Shown here in pieces: positions 38,701 to 49,503 of a DNA stretch of 62,766 nucleotides (its first letter is position 1; each line of letters begins with the position of its first letter). This stretch comes from Hydrolagus affinis. Its lineage: Eukaryota. The stretch covers positions 1-62,766 of the forward strand of contig JAAILG010001711.1 in the NCBI GenBank assembly GCA_012026655.1, read 5' to 3'. Below the pieces are notes generated by a model that did no database searches, was not told the DNA's origin, and saw only the letters and a list, made by a program, of their open reading frames with translations. A program made the position numbers and the translations under genes.

Positions 38701-41700
38701 ATTTTTACCTTAAGTAGACAATGTACGTTCATAACATCTGAAGGCTGTGTGGCAACAGTGTGAATTCTTACACCAACTCCCCATCTCCACCAAAGTACAT
38801 TGCAGCCTTAACTGCTTTATGTACAACACTATTATGTCTAAGATTCTGAAAGAAGATACCTATTCAATCTCTCAACTGAGATATTTAATGCTTGAATTTG
38901 CACGGTCAGAACATTCTCCCTCCAATTTTAACAGGATTGAGCATTAGTAACATCTAGTGGCAGAATATCACTACAGCAACTACATTAAATCCAATTTGAG
39001 TCCAGTGTTCAACTGGAATGCCAACACTTGGATCTGAACTCATCACGGGAAATTTGGGCACGGGAGGGAAATTACAGGGGTTGTTCAATGTGTAATTTAT
39101 TCTGTACAAGGACCCAATGTGCAGCATCAATGCCAGCCAAAAATAACTATAATAACTTAACAGTCTGGCATGATTACCTCACAAGTTACAGTAATCAATT
39201 ACACTAAAATGAGATGAGGCTATCCCTATCTTAAACAAACGTGGAAATCCAGAGACCCATTAGTGCACAAATTGAGATGCCTTTCTCAGTCTACACCATC
39301 AGCGGATACAAAAGCAATACTAGTTACTGCATTTCCCTAATCAGAGACCTCGCACTTTAAGACTTTTAAACACATTTCACCACAACCAATGTGAAGGTAA
39401 ATCCTCACCACAGGCAGAAGGACAACCACCTCTAGTCTTGTACACACAAAAGCAAGTTAGTAATTATCCCTGTGACATCTGTGAATGTCTAGTCCAGGAT
39501 TCTGAAGGGGGAGGAGGAGAAGAGATTTTAGTTAATAACAGTGGTTAACTTGGAGGTAGACTGGGAAACAGTGACAGCTGTAGAATAAGCAAGATCTTAA
39601 ACTTGATGTGCTATACACACAACATACAAGAAGCTCACTACTCGGAAGCCTTCAGCTAACAACACTGCAACTGGTTAAGGCTTACTCTCTGTGGTGTATG
39701 TATTGGAGACAGTACATCCCGATCTGCCATTGGGAACTCCATCCCTTTTCTCTTTAATTCTTCATAAATATGAACTACTCCAGTCAAATCTGGGCTACTC
39801 CTGAAAGCATCAGCCCAAGCCTAGGAGCGAAAACACCAAGCAATGCATCAGAATCTTTTCAGCGCACACAAAAACTTAACAGTGACACAATTTCAATTTC
39901 ACAAAATTTGTTATCTGGTGGAAAATTTTGCTCCTAGTAGCAAGGAACAAAACTAAAAGCTCTTGGAATACATTCAAAACTAACGTGATGTTAGAATATT
40001 ATTGCACTCAATTAACCCTTTAGACTGTTGAAGAAGAGGTCAATTTTTCTGAATGGCCAAGAATCTAACCGCTATAAGGAGATATTGGAAGCGCTCCTGG
40101 TACCACTCAATCACCCCTATTCCCAAGGTATGAACCATTTTAATAAAAATAATGCACTTTGTATAACACTTTGTACAACAAGCTTCACTTGTGTTAAACA
40201 TACCTGTATCAATCCAAGCACTTTATCCTGCACAATAGCTGGTGGATTATTTTTAGGCAAGACAATTTTCACCAACACACCATCAATAAAGTCACGACTG
40301 GCTACAAGGACGTGGAAACGATGGCCACAGTTCTTAATGCACGTCTCCAGAACCTAGTTGTGACAGAGAAATGAATTAATACATTATTTCTTCAACAACT
40401 GCAGTTCAAGTTCATCCAATGCTTTCCAGCAGGTTTACTTGGGAGTAAATGTGTAAATTTTTCCCACTCAAAACACGCTGAATATAAATTTCAGATCACG
40501 CCTACAGTTACACATCTGCATGCAGCAAATTGGTCATTATCACTGCTTATTGGATCCTCCCAGGTACAATTTTACACCATAAAGGATTATTATTATGAAA
40601 TAACTTTCACAAACTATGTACAACTTGAGACTTAGAAAGAAGCATCTCAGAGTATACCTTATAGAGTTTAAACTAGATCTTCAATAGGATGGAGAAAGTT
40701 ATTTTACTGTTATATATCCCAAAGTAGCAGGACAAGGTCAGGAGTAAGGTGCAATTTATGGGATGTCGGGGTAAACAATAGGTGAAATGGGTTACCACAA
40801 ATGATGGTGCACAATTTCTATAACCCTTGCACTGGATATGTTCGAGATGTCTTAAAGTGTTTCACAGTAATACCATAAAGTACTGTGTATTTTATGGGAG
40901 AAGCACGGCAGCCAATTGTGCGCAGCAGTGTCGCCTAAACACACGTGGATTGAGTAATTTTTTAAAGAAATTTTATTAAAAAAAAATTTTTTATTATTGC
41001 CATTAAAGATAATACAGAGAGTTTAGTTTTTCCAAGAGGGCTAAGAATCAGAGACCTGGAAAATGCCAGCTTTGTACTCACTGTTAAAGCAAACATCACT
41101 TCCCGGTAGTTCTTGTTCCCACTCAGTCTCTTTTTAAGGGCACGAATTGCATCCTTTGGCCTACAAAAATAGAAGCAAAGGAGAATAAGATGGGACAGTT
41201 CACCAAAACAGCTTAGCGTACAATATGGATTTTAGCAGCAAAAGTTGGAAAACATAACAAATGACAAGCAATGGAATGTAAATTTCATAGCTCTTGCCAC
41301 CAGTAAATACATCAGTGCCCTCCATTGGCAGAAAATTAGTATTACAACACATAATAATCAGTATGTCAGAAGGATTTTCAACGCTCTTCACAGGATGTGC
41401 TGCTGAGTCATTGTGTTTTGTGGGCAAACAAATAAGAGTAAACAGGTATAAAACCACATCCGCATTTGTAAATTAGGATCACATTTTATTCTGAGTTCAC
41501 ATAGCTGTGTCTTTTACAACAATAACAAATTTCATTTATATACTGAAACAAGAACAGAAGTTACTGGGGAAACTCAGCAGGTCAGGCAGCATCCATGGAG
41601 AAAGGAAAGTGAGTCAACGTTTCGGGTCTACAATTCTTCGGCAGAACTTCGTCCAGTTCTGACGAAGGGTCGTGGATCTGAAACATTGACTCACTTTCCT

Positions 41701-44700
41701 TTCTCCATGGATGCTGCCTGACCTGTTGAGTTTTCCCAGCAACTTCTGTTTTTGATTCAGATTTCCAGCATCTGTAGTACAGTGTTGTGTTCATTTATAT
41801 ACTGCCCATGCAGAGCAGTGTGTGTCTCAGCGTACTTTTCACTGGTTATTCTGGCTGTTTTTGGATATTGCTGGAGTTGCGAATGAATACATAGTCACTA
41901 CACTTAACCTCTGTGAAACACTGACGTATATGCTGTATGTCAAGGGTTAATATTAATTAGCTGCATTATAAAATTGGCATGTTGCCACATGCCAAACTGC
42001 CACATCTGCAAACATCAAAACAAACAGCCTGATGCCTTATCAGTGAGATACCAAAGGCACCTTCAAAGCTCCCTGTAGTTGATCGCATCCTTGTTTAAAT
42101 CTTACCCTTCTTCAGTCTCATTAATAATATCACATATCTCCATGTTCAGAGTCCAGTCTTCCACCTGCAGGGATCCATCTGTGCCTCGCTCTATTAAGAA
42201 AATAATAGAGTTAAACTTAGAAATTCTTAAGAGCATCACTTCAACAACCCAGTGTTAGAAAACTTGGGACCATTCCCCCCCACCCCACCTTGTGACTTTC
42301 ATTGTATGTCTTGCTCTACATCCTGTTTTGAAACATCTACACTGAAAGATTAAAAGTTGCAAGGTAATCACTTCAAATTTGAGAACCACAGTTGATGGAA
42401 GTGTTTTAATAATAGTAATCCTTGTCTTTGATATAGAGCCCTTTTATCACGTTGTAGAGATATTTCAAGCGCTTCACAAGATACACTGTAAAATGGATTG
42501 ACTGTGCATTTTGTGGGCAAATGTTGTGCACAGCAATGGCCCACAAATAGCCATGGAGTGAGGGAGTAGCCAATTTTATCCAGAGGGATTGCTAATCTGG
42601 ACATCAGGAGAGAGAAACTCCCTTTTTTTCAAAACAGTGCCATGGGATCTTTATCACAGGTCCTTAGTTTAATGTCTCATCTGAAGGAAGTTTAAGAGTT
42701 AAATGAATCACTGAGTCTGTATCTAGCTCAGGACCAGCAATGACAAAGGTATAGACTTATGTAGGAGCGTTGGATTGTAAAACTTAAATACTGTAACCAA
42801 ACCAATATGAAACATCATCATTATCTCCAAGCACTTTAATTATATATACTGTACTTTGATTAGTTTAACAGCTCTCGGACACATCCAATTTAGATTTGGA
42901 GAACACACACCATGTATTGTTCGATATCAGGGTTTATTTATCTGGTAGTTACCTGCTGCCCTCCCTTATTTAGTCTGCAATAATCATCATAATTACTACT
43001 TGTTAGCTTCTGCCTTCCTGGATCATGCAAAATTCCCCAATCCCATATCTCAGTGGTTAGAGCACTCGCCTCTCAAGCGAGAGAACTGAGTTCAATTCCC
43101 GGCAGGGCAAAACGTTGGGTAAGTTTCCTTACTCCTCACACAGGCCTCTGTCTATCTAGCAGTAAGTAGATACCCGCTTGTTAGTCGATTGATGGATCGC
43201 TTTCCCAGTGCTTATAATCCTTTAAAAAAAGAAAATTTGATATAGCGCCTTATCATGTCTTTTGAGACATCTCAAAGTGCTTTGCAGAATATACTGTAAA
43301 TTCAGCGTACATTTTGTGGGCAAAACGCAGCAGCCAATTGCACACAGCAGTGTCCCACAAACAGTCGTGGATTCAAGTGACCAATTTATTATTTATTCTT
43401 AGAAGGAATTATTATCCCCAGAAAAGATAATGAACAATTTATTACAATTTTTAGTTTGATCAACTGCTGTGCGCAATTGACTGCCATGTTTTGCTCACAA
43501 AATATACAGTCAATTCAATTTACAGTATATTCTGTGAAGCACTTTGAGACAAGAACAACAACAAAAGACGTGAGGGAAGACACTATAACAAACGCAAGGC
43601 TTATTATTATAATTAGGATTCTGTCAGAAATGCAATTTTACCTCTATTCCAAAACACATTCTCTTAGGTCCTTTTCTCAATTTGCAGTAAGTGTTGTGAT
43701 TACAGCATGTTTGAAACATTCCCACATACAAATACAGTACCACAGTGTGGTTTTCACCTTAAATAAGCCCAGCCATTGAGAACCACAGGCAATTCAAAAA
43801 AAGTTGGGAAGCACTGATAAAAGAAGAAATGCTTCTCAAAGGCCATCTATGTGATTAGGAATTTTTCATTGCACACCTATCACTTTTAAATTGGCAGTTA
43901 CACGTTGCCAACAACAACTTGTAACAGTAACAATGCAAAATATATTTTTCAGTTTGTCCTGTTATATTCCATCTTTAATTAAGATTTAATTAAACCCCAA
44001 AGTGAAGTCACTCCATAATTAAAACCTTCTTTATCTCAGGGTTAACTGACTTATTTGCAACAAATAAGCTCTCCCAAGATAAATTACAAGTTTACGCTAA
44101 TGATAATAATAACTCCATGCATTTGATATAGCGCCTTATGTCTTTGAGACGTCTGAAAATGTTGCACAGAATCAATCAATCAACCAATCAAAACTTACAT
44201 TTATATAGCGCCTTTCACGTCGAGAGGACGTCCCAAGGCGCTATACAGTTAGGTAGGGACAAGGACAGGGGGATGGAGAAGGATGAAGAAGAGTAGGAAA
44301 ATTGACTGCATATTTGTGGGCGAAATGCGGCAGCCAAATTGCGCACAGCAGTGTCCCAAAAACAGTCATGGATTGAAGTGACCAATTTATTATTTACAGA
44401 ATATACTGTAAAGTGAACTGAGTGTACAATTTGTGGGCGAAACACAGCAGCCAATTGCACATAGCAGTGTTCCATAAACAGTCAAGGATTGAAGTGACCA
44501 ATTTAATATATATTTTCTTAGAAGGAATTATTACCCCCAGAAACGAGATCTGCAAATCAAATAATAACTAGGTTCCTATTTACTGCTAGCTAAACAGAGG
44601 CAAGTGGAGTAAGGAAACATGCCCAAGATTTCACTCTGCTGGGAATCAAACCCAAGTCTCTCATTTGCGAGGCAAGTGCTCTAACCACTGAGCTACAGGC

Positions 44701-47020
44701 CTCCATGTCACAGCATCTCAATTTACGTGAGACAGAGAGGTCAGAACGCAGCCAACTCTTCAATTCTTACCACATTGGTAAGATTTGGTTATTCCAATTC
44801 CACTAGACAGAAATAGCAAACATCCTTACTGATCTGCCGAGGAAAGCTAACTGATCTAAACTGAACTGATTTCAATCAGATCCCTATCCCAACTCAGGTT
44901 CGACCAGCTGTGAATAAAGCCCTTTGAGATGTAAACCCAATATGAAAGGTGCTATATATATGTAAATTGGGTTGTATTGTATATTGCATTTCAGGCCTGG
45001 TGTAAGACAGCAAATTACTAAGGAATAAAATACTAATTGTGAAAAGGAGAAAATGGATCCCACAGTAGGAGGATGGGTAGGTTGTGTTTGTGGAGGTTCC
45101 AAATGACTGAATATTCTATGAATTACAAATATTTCCATAGAATTAAATGAAATATGGAACTATTTCTAGTTGCATGTATATTTGGCGGATTTCACAATAA
45201 AGGCTCACAACCCACACTGAACAATCTTCCTCCAAGTTTGGATTTCATGACAGGATGAAAGCTACAAATATAGTACTGTATTGTTATTGAAACAGGCTTC
45301 CCAAAGAAGAGAATCGTAAAAACGATGCACGAATGAACTAAACTGATATTATTTGCAACTAACTTGCACCGCATTTTAGTTTCAATTGCATACATGATCC
45401 CTCATGTACGTAGCAAAGGAATAGAGGGATATGGTAAATGGGATGGGGTGGTGGCACATGTGGAATATGAACACCAACCAGCGCAGGCTAATTGGCCAAA
45501 TGGCTTGTATCCTCGCTGCAATGTAATTCTATGAATTAAAATTGCATCAATACTAAAGGTGAAATATAAAAGCCTGGTAAAAAGGCTTTCCTCCTCCCCT
45601 CAAACATCAGTGCAAATTAACACCCTACTACCAACCTGTTCGTATCCTCCCCTCAGCAGGCTCCGGCCTACTTCACGACCTCCAACCCACGCGCCCTACC
45701 ATCGGCGGGTGAGCCTTTAGCAGTCCCTTCCCCTCACCCCCTCCCTAGTTTCCTTCAAGTCCCCCTTCAAGACCCTCCTCTTTGACAGTGCCGTCACGGG
45801 ACCCCCACCTTCCCCTCCACCCTCACCGATCCCGACCCCAGCTCGGGTCCGAAACACTGACTGTCCAGTGTCTTAGGCCGTCCTCCCGATGTGAAAAGCA
45901 CTATACAAAGGTAATTTTCTTGTTGTTCTCTTTACGAATAGTGCCATGAGATATTTCACATCCATCTTTCAGGCAGACAAAGATATTATCATCTCAACCT
46001 ATGTGACAGGTCACGATTGCTCAAGACTGGGAGTGAACCTGTGGCATGTCGCAATTTCAAGCTTAAATATGACAGGAGCACTCTCTCTTGTGTTTTAACC
46101 AGATTCAACTGCACTGCTTCAGTCTTCAGACTGAGCAAACACATCCTGTTGAATAATATTCGCTTTCAGCAAAGTGTGTCAAGAAAAACAAACACACACA
46201 CACGCAGAGCTAAACAAAGCAAAGCAACTAACTAGCTGAAGGGGTGGGGGGGCTGAATGATGCTACAGTTCAACCTGGTGTCAGGAGCTGCCAACATCCC
46301 ACAGGAGCCAAAGAAGGCGTGTGTGTGTTTGTGTGTGTGTGTGTATATATATGTGTGTGTGTATTTGGCGAGAGAATGGATGCCTCCAGTTCTTAGTCCT
46401 CCTTTCTGTCCATTACTCTCACAAGGGCGTGTGGTGCAGCGTTCATAACAATAAAAACAAATGGTAGGGGGAATAAAAATCACCCCAAATGGTTCGATTT
46501 GAACAGTATTTGGTGTGACTTTGTGAAGAAAGATACATGACATCATCACAATTATAATCAAAATAAACAAAAAGTATGTATATTGTATATGTAAAGATAA
46601 AATGAAGCCGAGCCTTAAATATAGGACAGATAGATAGATAGATAGATAGATAGATGAGTGGCAACAACGGTTTACAAACGATGGCCCCTCTTTGTAATAA
46701 TGATCATGGTGATTATTGTTATTATCGTTTAAAAAAAGAGATTCGGGGTAAAACAGGAGCGAGGAAATGGAAATGTCAAAAGGATTGACTGACTTGACTG
46801 AACTGACTGACAAACTGACGCCAGGCAGCGCCTTGCGCTGCCCGTGAAGAAGAGATCGTTATTTTTAAAAACGTTTCTTTTTAAAAAAAACGCCAACCGT
46901 GTTCTGCACAGAGCGAGAGAGGGTGAGAGTGGGAGTGAGGGGAAAGGTTTAATGGTGTCGCCGCTCACCTATGCACTGACCCACAGGAGTGCTGTACGGG
47001 TTCCCGATGAAGAACTCCAT
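23577..47020 (-). CDS. TOM1L2: TOM1-like protein 2 (VHS and GAT domains), complete, 15 constitutive coding exons, 518 aa
   Basis: [18 protein letters not shown] start, VHS and GAT motifs, clathrin-box-like LIDLG, IEEWL motif, C-terminal RSEDALFAL*; all phases consistent. Confidence 0.96.
24301..24337 (-). CDS. TOM1L2: TOM1L2 exon 14 ([12 protein letters not shown])
   Basis: Conserved EGVTSE; canonical splice sites. Confidence 0.9.
26423..26482 (-). CDS. TOM1L2: TOM1L2 exon 13 ([20 protein letters not shown])
   Basis: IExWL myosin VI-binding motif of the TOM1 family; phase 0-0. Confidence 0.92.
27000..27285 (-). mobile_element. CR1-type LINE 3' fragment
   Basis: RTRG...NKLPGGVVE...SFKQLD resembles the CR1 ORF2 C-terminus; a similar remnant lies at about 51880-52150 (+). 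Confidence 0.65.
27505..27770 (+). pseudogene. Decayed duplicate of DRC3 coding exon 2 plus flanking intron, inside a TOM1L2 intron
   Basis: Near-identical to about 49922-50190; acceptor CAG>CAC, CAG>TAG stop, 1-bp deletion. Confidence 0.9.
27850..28463. mobile_element. Non-autonomous Tc1/mariner-pogo (Tigger-like) element
   Basis: 23-bp TIRs CAGGTATCCCTCCCCAACCGCGG / CCGCGGTTGGGGCGGGACACCTG (21/23 match), TA duplication, splits a SINE. Confidence 0.85.
30654..30716 (-). CDS. TOM1L2: Putative TOM1L2 in-frame cassette exon ([21 protein letters not shown])
   Basis: 63 nt, phase 0-0, cagcag acceptor after a long AG-free, pyrimidine-rich stretch, gtgagc donor. Confidence 0.65.
32665..32854. mobile_element. 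hAT-like MITE
   Basis: GGTCCAAC/GTTGGACC subterminal inverted repeat and 8-bp direct repeat GGTTAAAG on both flanks. Confidence 0.55.
32933..33011 (-). CDS. TOM1L2: TOM1L2 exon 12
   Basis: [21 protein letters not shown]. Confidence 0.9.
33143..33272 (-). CDS. TOM1L2: TOM1L2 exon 11
   Basis: [10 protein letters not shown]...FDMFAQTR...DQRKT. Confidence 0.92.
33983..34295 (+). mobile_element. tRNA-derived SINE, full-length short variant
   Basis: A box TAGCTCAGTGG, B-box-like GTTCAAATCC, (ATT)n tail; many dispersed copies. Confidence 0.85.
34506..34629 (-). CDS. TOM1L2: TOM1L2 exon 10
   Basis: [20 protein letters not shown]...LSSQLAGL. Confidence 0.92.
35321..35372 (-). CDS. TOM1L2: TOM1L2 exon 9
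   Basis: [17 protein letters not shown]; gtaagt donor. Confidence 0.88.
35690..35823 (-). CDS. TOM1L2: TOM1L2 exon 8 (GAT)
   Basis: [16 protein letters not shown]...[19 protein letters not shown]. Confidence 0.94.
36782..36898 (-). CDS. TOM1L2: TOM1L2 exon 7 (GAT)
   Basis: [31 protein letters not shown]. Confidence 0.94.
37654..37824 (-). CDS. TOM1L2: TOM1L2 exon 6 (linker)
   Basis: SIPDLDTAM...GPITPNTEQ; phase 0-0. Confidence 0.88.
39686..39820 (-). CDS. TOM1L2: TOM1L2 exon 5
   Basis: [26 protein letters not shown]...SPIHTPQR. Confidence 0.94.
40204..40353 (-). CDS. TOM1L2: TOM1L2 exon 4
   Basis: [22 protein letters not shown]...[10 protein letters not shown]. Confidence 0.94.
41082..41160 (-). 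CDS. TOM1L2: TOM1L2 exon 3
   Basis: [26 protein letters not shown]. Confidence 0.94.
41546..41789. mobile_element. Foldback Penelope-like retroelement remnant
   Basis: About 103-bp inverted arms with a 6-nt spacer; 15-bp TSD TTCATTTATATACTG; CTGACGA...GAAAC core. Confidence 0.7.
42106..42190 (-). CDS. TOM1L2: TOM1L2 exon 2
   Basis: [29 protein letters not shown]. Confidence 0.94.
46628..46655 (+). repeat. (GATA)n microsatellite
   Basis: Directly visible; (TG/CA)n tracts also at about 46318-46362 and 57595-57618. Confidence 0.9.
46969..47020 (-). CDS. TOM1L2: TOM1L2 exon 1
   Basis: [17 protein letters not shown]; gtgagc donor. Confidence 0.93.
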
Positions 47021-47755
47021 CTTCGCCGCTGCCCTTGCCTGACAACAGCACGCCCTGTACGCACTTGCACGGCACTTGCGCGGCACGCACGTACGTACGT
47101 AAGGCACGTACGCAAGGTGAGCGGGCGGGTACGCACCTCACGCCATGCCGCTTCCTGCCCACGAGCGGCACTCAAAGTTCAATACGGCTGTACGTTTATA
47201 GCCCAAATACTAGCCCAAAAAGTAACCCAATGTTATGCGTCGCCCTCCTACCGTATATGGAGTCCAATACTTAGATAATATGAACCCGCCCAATCTACTG
47301 CTCTTGACGGGCACCTGTCGCCGACGGCAACCCGCGGTTCCCATTGATCCGCGTGCCCATCAATCAGAACCAATTAATCCATCCGCAGCTCGGCCGTGCG
47401 CCACCTCTCAAAATCAAATGAGTTCGTTCGCCTGTGAGGCAGATAAAGGATTACGTAACGCATTTTTTGGGAGGGGGCGGGGTCTCCGGTAGAGGCTAAT
47501 CCAGTGTTTACCAAGGACGTCTGGTGTTGGATCTTTTTGTGCGAATTTGAGAGTGGAAGGGGGCAAAAAAAAGTGCGGATGGTTATTGGAAAGCCGAAGG
47601 TGGTGGTGCTGCGGCGGTCGGGAGGCGGGGTGGGATGGAGAGGAACGACGCCGCACGTCATCTGTATCCTAGCAACGGGAGTGAAGCTGAACACAGCAGC
47701 AGAGCCGCCTGTTCCCTGGTCACTTGTTCTTCAGTCAGAAAAAGACGTTAAACGG
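47021..47755. promoter_or_regulatory. Bidirectional CpG-island promoter TOM1L2/DRC3, with RFX X-box-like sites and a probable non-coding DRC3 exon 1 ending at 47755
   Basis: CpG-rich; head-to-head genes; GTCGCCGACGGCAAC (47317-47331), GTATCCTAGCAAC (47664-47676), CCAAT and GC boxes; G|GTAAGT donor at 47756. Confidence 0.65.
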
Positions 47756-47835
47756 GTAAGTTTTTCAATTCATTCGAGTTAACTCTTCCCCACCCAAAAA
47801 AAATACACCCACAATCACTTCCATTCATATCATTA

Positions 47836-48176
47836 TCCTGTAGCTCAGTGGTTAGAGCGCTCACTCGCAAGTAAGTGTGAGACCTGGAGTTCAAATCCAG
47901 GCAGGTCAGGGCGAAAAACCTTGGCCAAGATTCCTTACTCCATGTACACGACTAATAATAATCCTCCATTAAAAAAAATACAATAATAAAATTGTTCATT
48001 TTCAACTCATGACTGTTTGTGGGGACGCTGCTGTGCGCAAGTGGTTGCCACGTTTCGCTCACAAAATATACAGTCAAGTCACTTTACGGTATATTCTGTG
48101 AAAAGCTTTGAGACACAGTCTAAATAGAAGACGTGAAAACTGCTATATCAAATGCAAGGATTATTATTATTATTAT
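47836..48176 (+). mobile_element. tRNA-derived SINE, full-length
   Basis: Same head, body and ATCAAATGCAAGG(ATT)n tail. Confidence 0.85.
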
Positions 48177-49343
48177 AATCATCGCATTTGATCCAGTCCC
48201 TCCTTCCCTCCCTCCCTCATCAGATTGTCGAGACGTCTTCAAAGAGCTTCACAGAATATACCGTAAAGTGGAGTGACTGTGTTTTGTTTGTTTTGCAACA
48301 GCATCCCACAAAAGGTCGAGGTGTTGAGCTATGACATTTTAGGCAGTGAGGAGGTGTCGGGGGGGGGGGGGATTATGTATTATATATTACACCCGGGAAA
48401 GTGATCCATCCATCGAATAACAACCGGGTTCCTCCATCATCCTAGGTAAACAGTGATTATGGAGTAAAGAAGCGCTCCGAGACGCCGTCCGGCATGGAGG
48501 GCGCTATATAAATTGAAGTAGTAGTAGTTGTTGTTGTTAAAGAAACACGCCTAAGGTTGTGTCCTGTTCAGGAATCGAACCTAGGTCCTCTCACTAGCGA
48601 GGCGAGCGGGCTAATCACTACACTACAGGGACTCCACTCCATTTGTATATGACTACTACAACAACAAAATTATATTTGTAGAACGCCTTTCACATCGGGA
48701 GTACGTCCCAAGGCACTGAATAGCGCCCTCCCCTCCCCCTCCACAGAGGGGAATATCGTGGAGCGCTTGACAGTGGCGTGGTTTGACGCTGTAAAAGAAA
48801 ACAGAAGTGGAAGGTTGCAAATGCTGCCTGGTCCTAACTCTGTCCCAACCATCTCCTGCAAAGTACACACAGTTGCTACACTTTATAATAAAATCCTGTC
48901 AAACGCTTTGAGACATCCATCCACCCGTATGAAATGTTCAGATTTTTATGATTATTATATCCTCCATCCTGGAGTCCCTTCATCTTGCTCCATCCCTTAC
49001 CTCATTCAAGGTCCGACCTACCCCTTTGACCACTCTTTCGGTCATCTTTTTTGCTCCTTCCCCACAGTCTCGTCACCCACCCCCAGCTCGATGCCCATCC
49101 AGTTCTGTTGGGATGTCCTCCCAGCATGTGAAAAGAGCTGTATAAATCTAAATTCATATTTGTGGATAATTACATAGATTGCACTGCATGAAGACAAGCC
49201 ATTATTCCCTTTCCATTCTATATGTATATATAACTTCCTCTTAAATAGCATCTATACTATCTGAATGCTTCTGTATTATTCTATTTACGTGTGTGATTAA
49301 AAATTGTTTTATTTTGCTTTTCAAGTGAACCTAACCATTCAAG

Positions 49344-49503
49344 ATGAGCCAATGGTATAATTCACTGGTGCCCAATATAATAGATGAGAACATGCTCAAC
49401 ATAGCAGTGGTGGAGCAGGGTCCAACTGGAAAAGCAGGAGAAATAGCCAAAGAGGAGGGGATTGACTTTAAAGATGTAAAACACCTTCAGCTGGATTACA
49501 GAA
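49344..49503 (+). CDS. DRC3: DRC3 coding exon 1
   Basis: MSQWYNSLVPNIIDE...EEGIDFKDVKHLQLDYR; acceptor at 49325. Confidence 0.92.

Noticed and set aside
46232-47278. 193-aa and 144-aa ORFs near the TOM1L2 start
   Set aside because: Microsatellite and CpG-island derived; no recognisable domains; they overlap the true exon 1 or intron 1.
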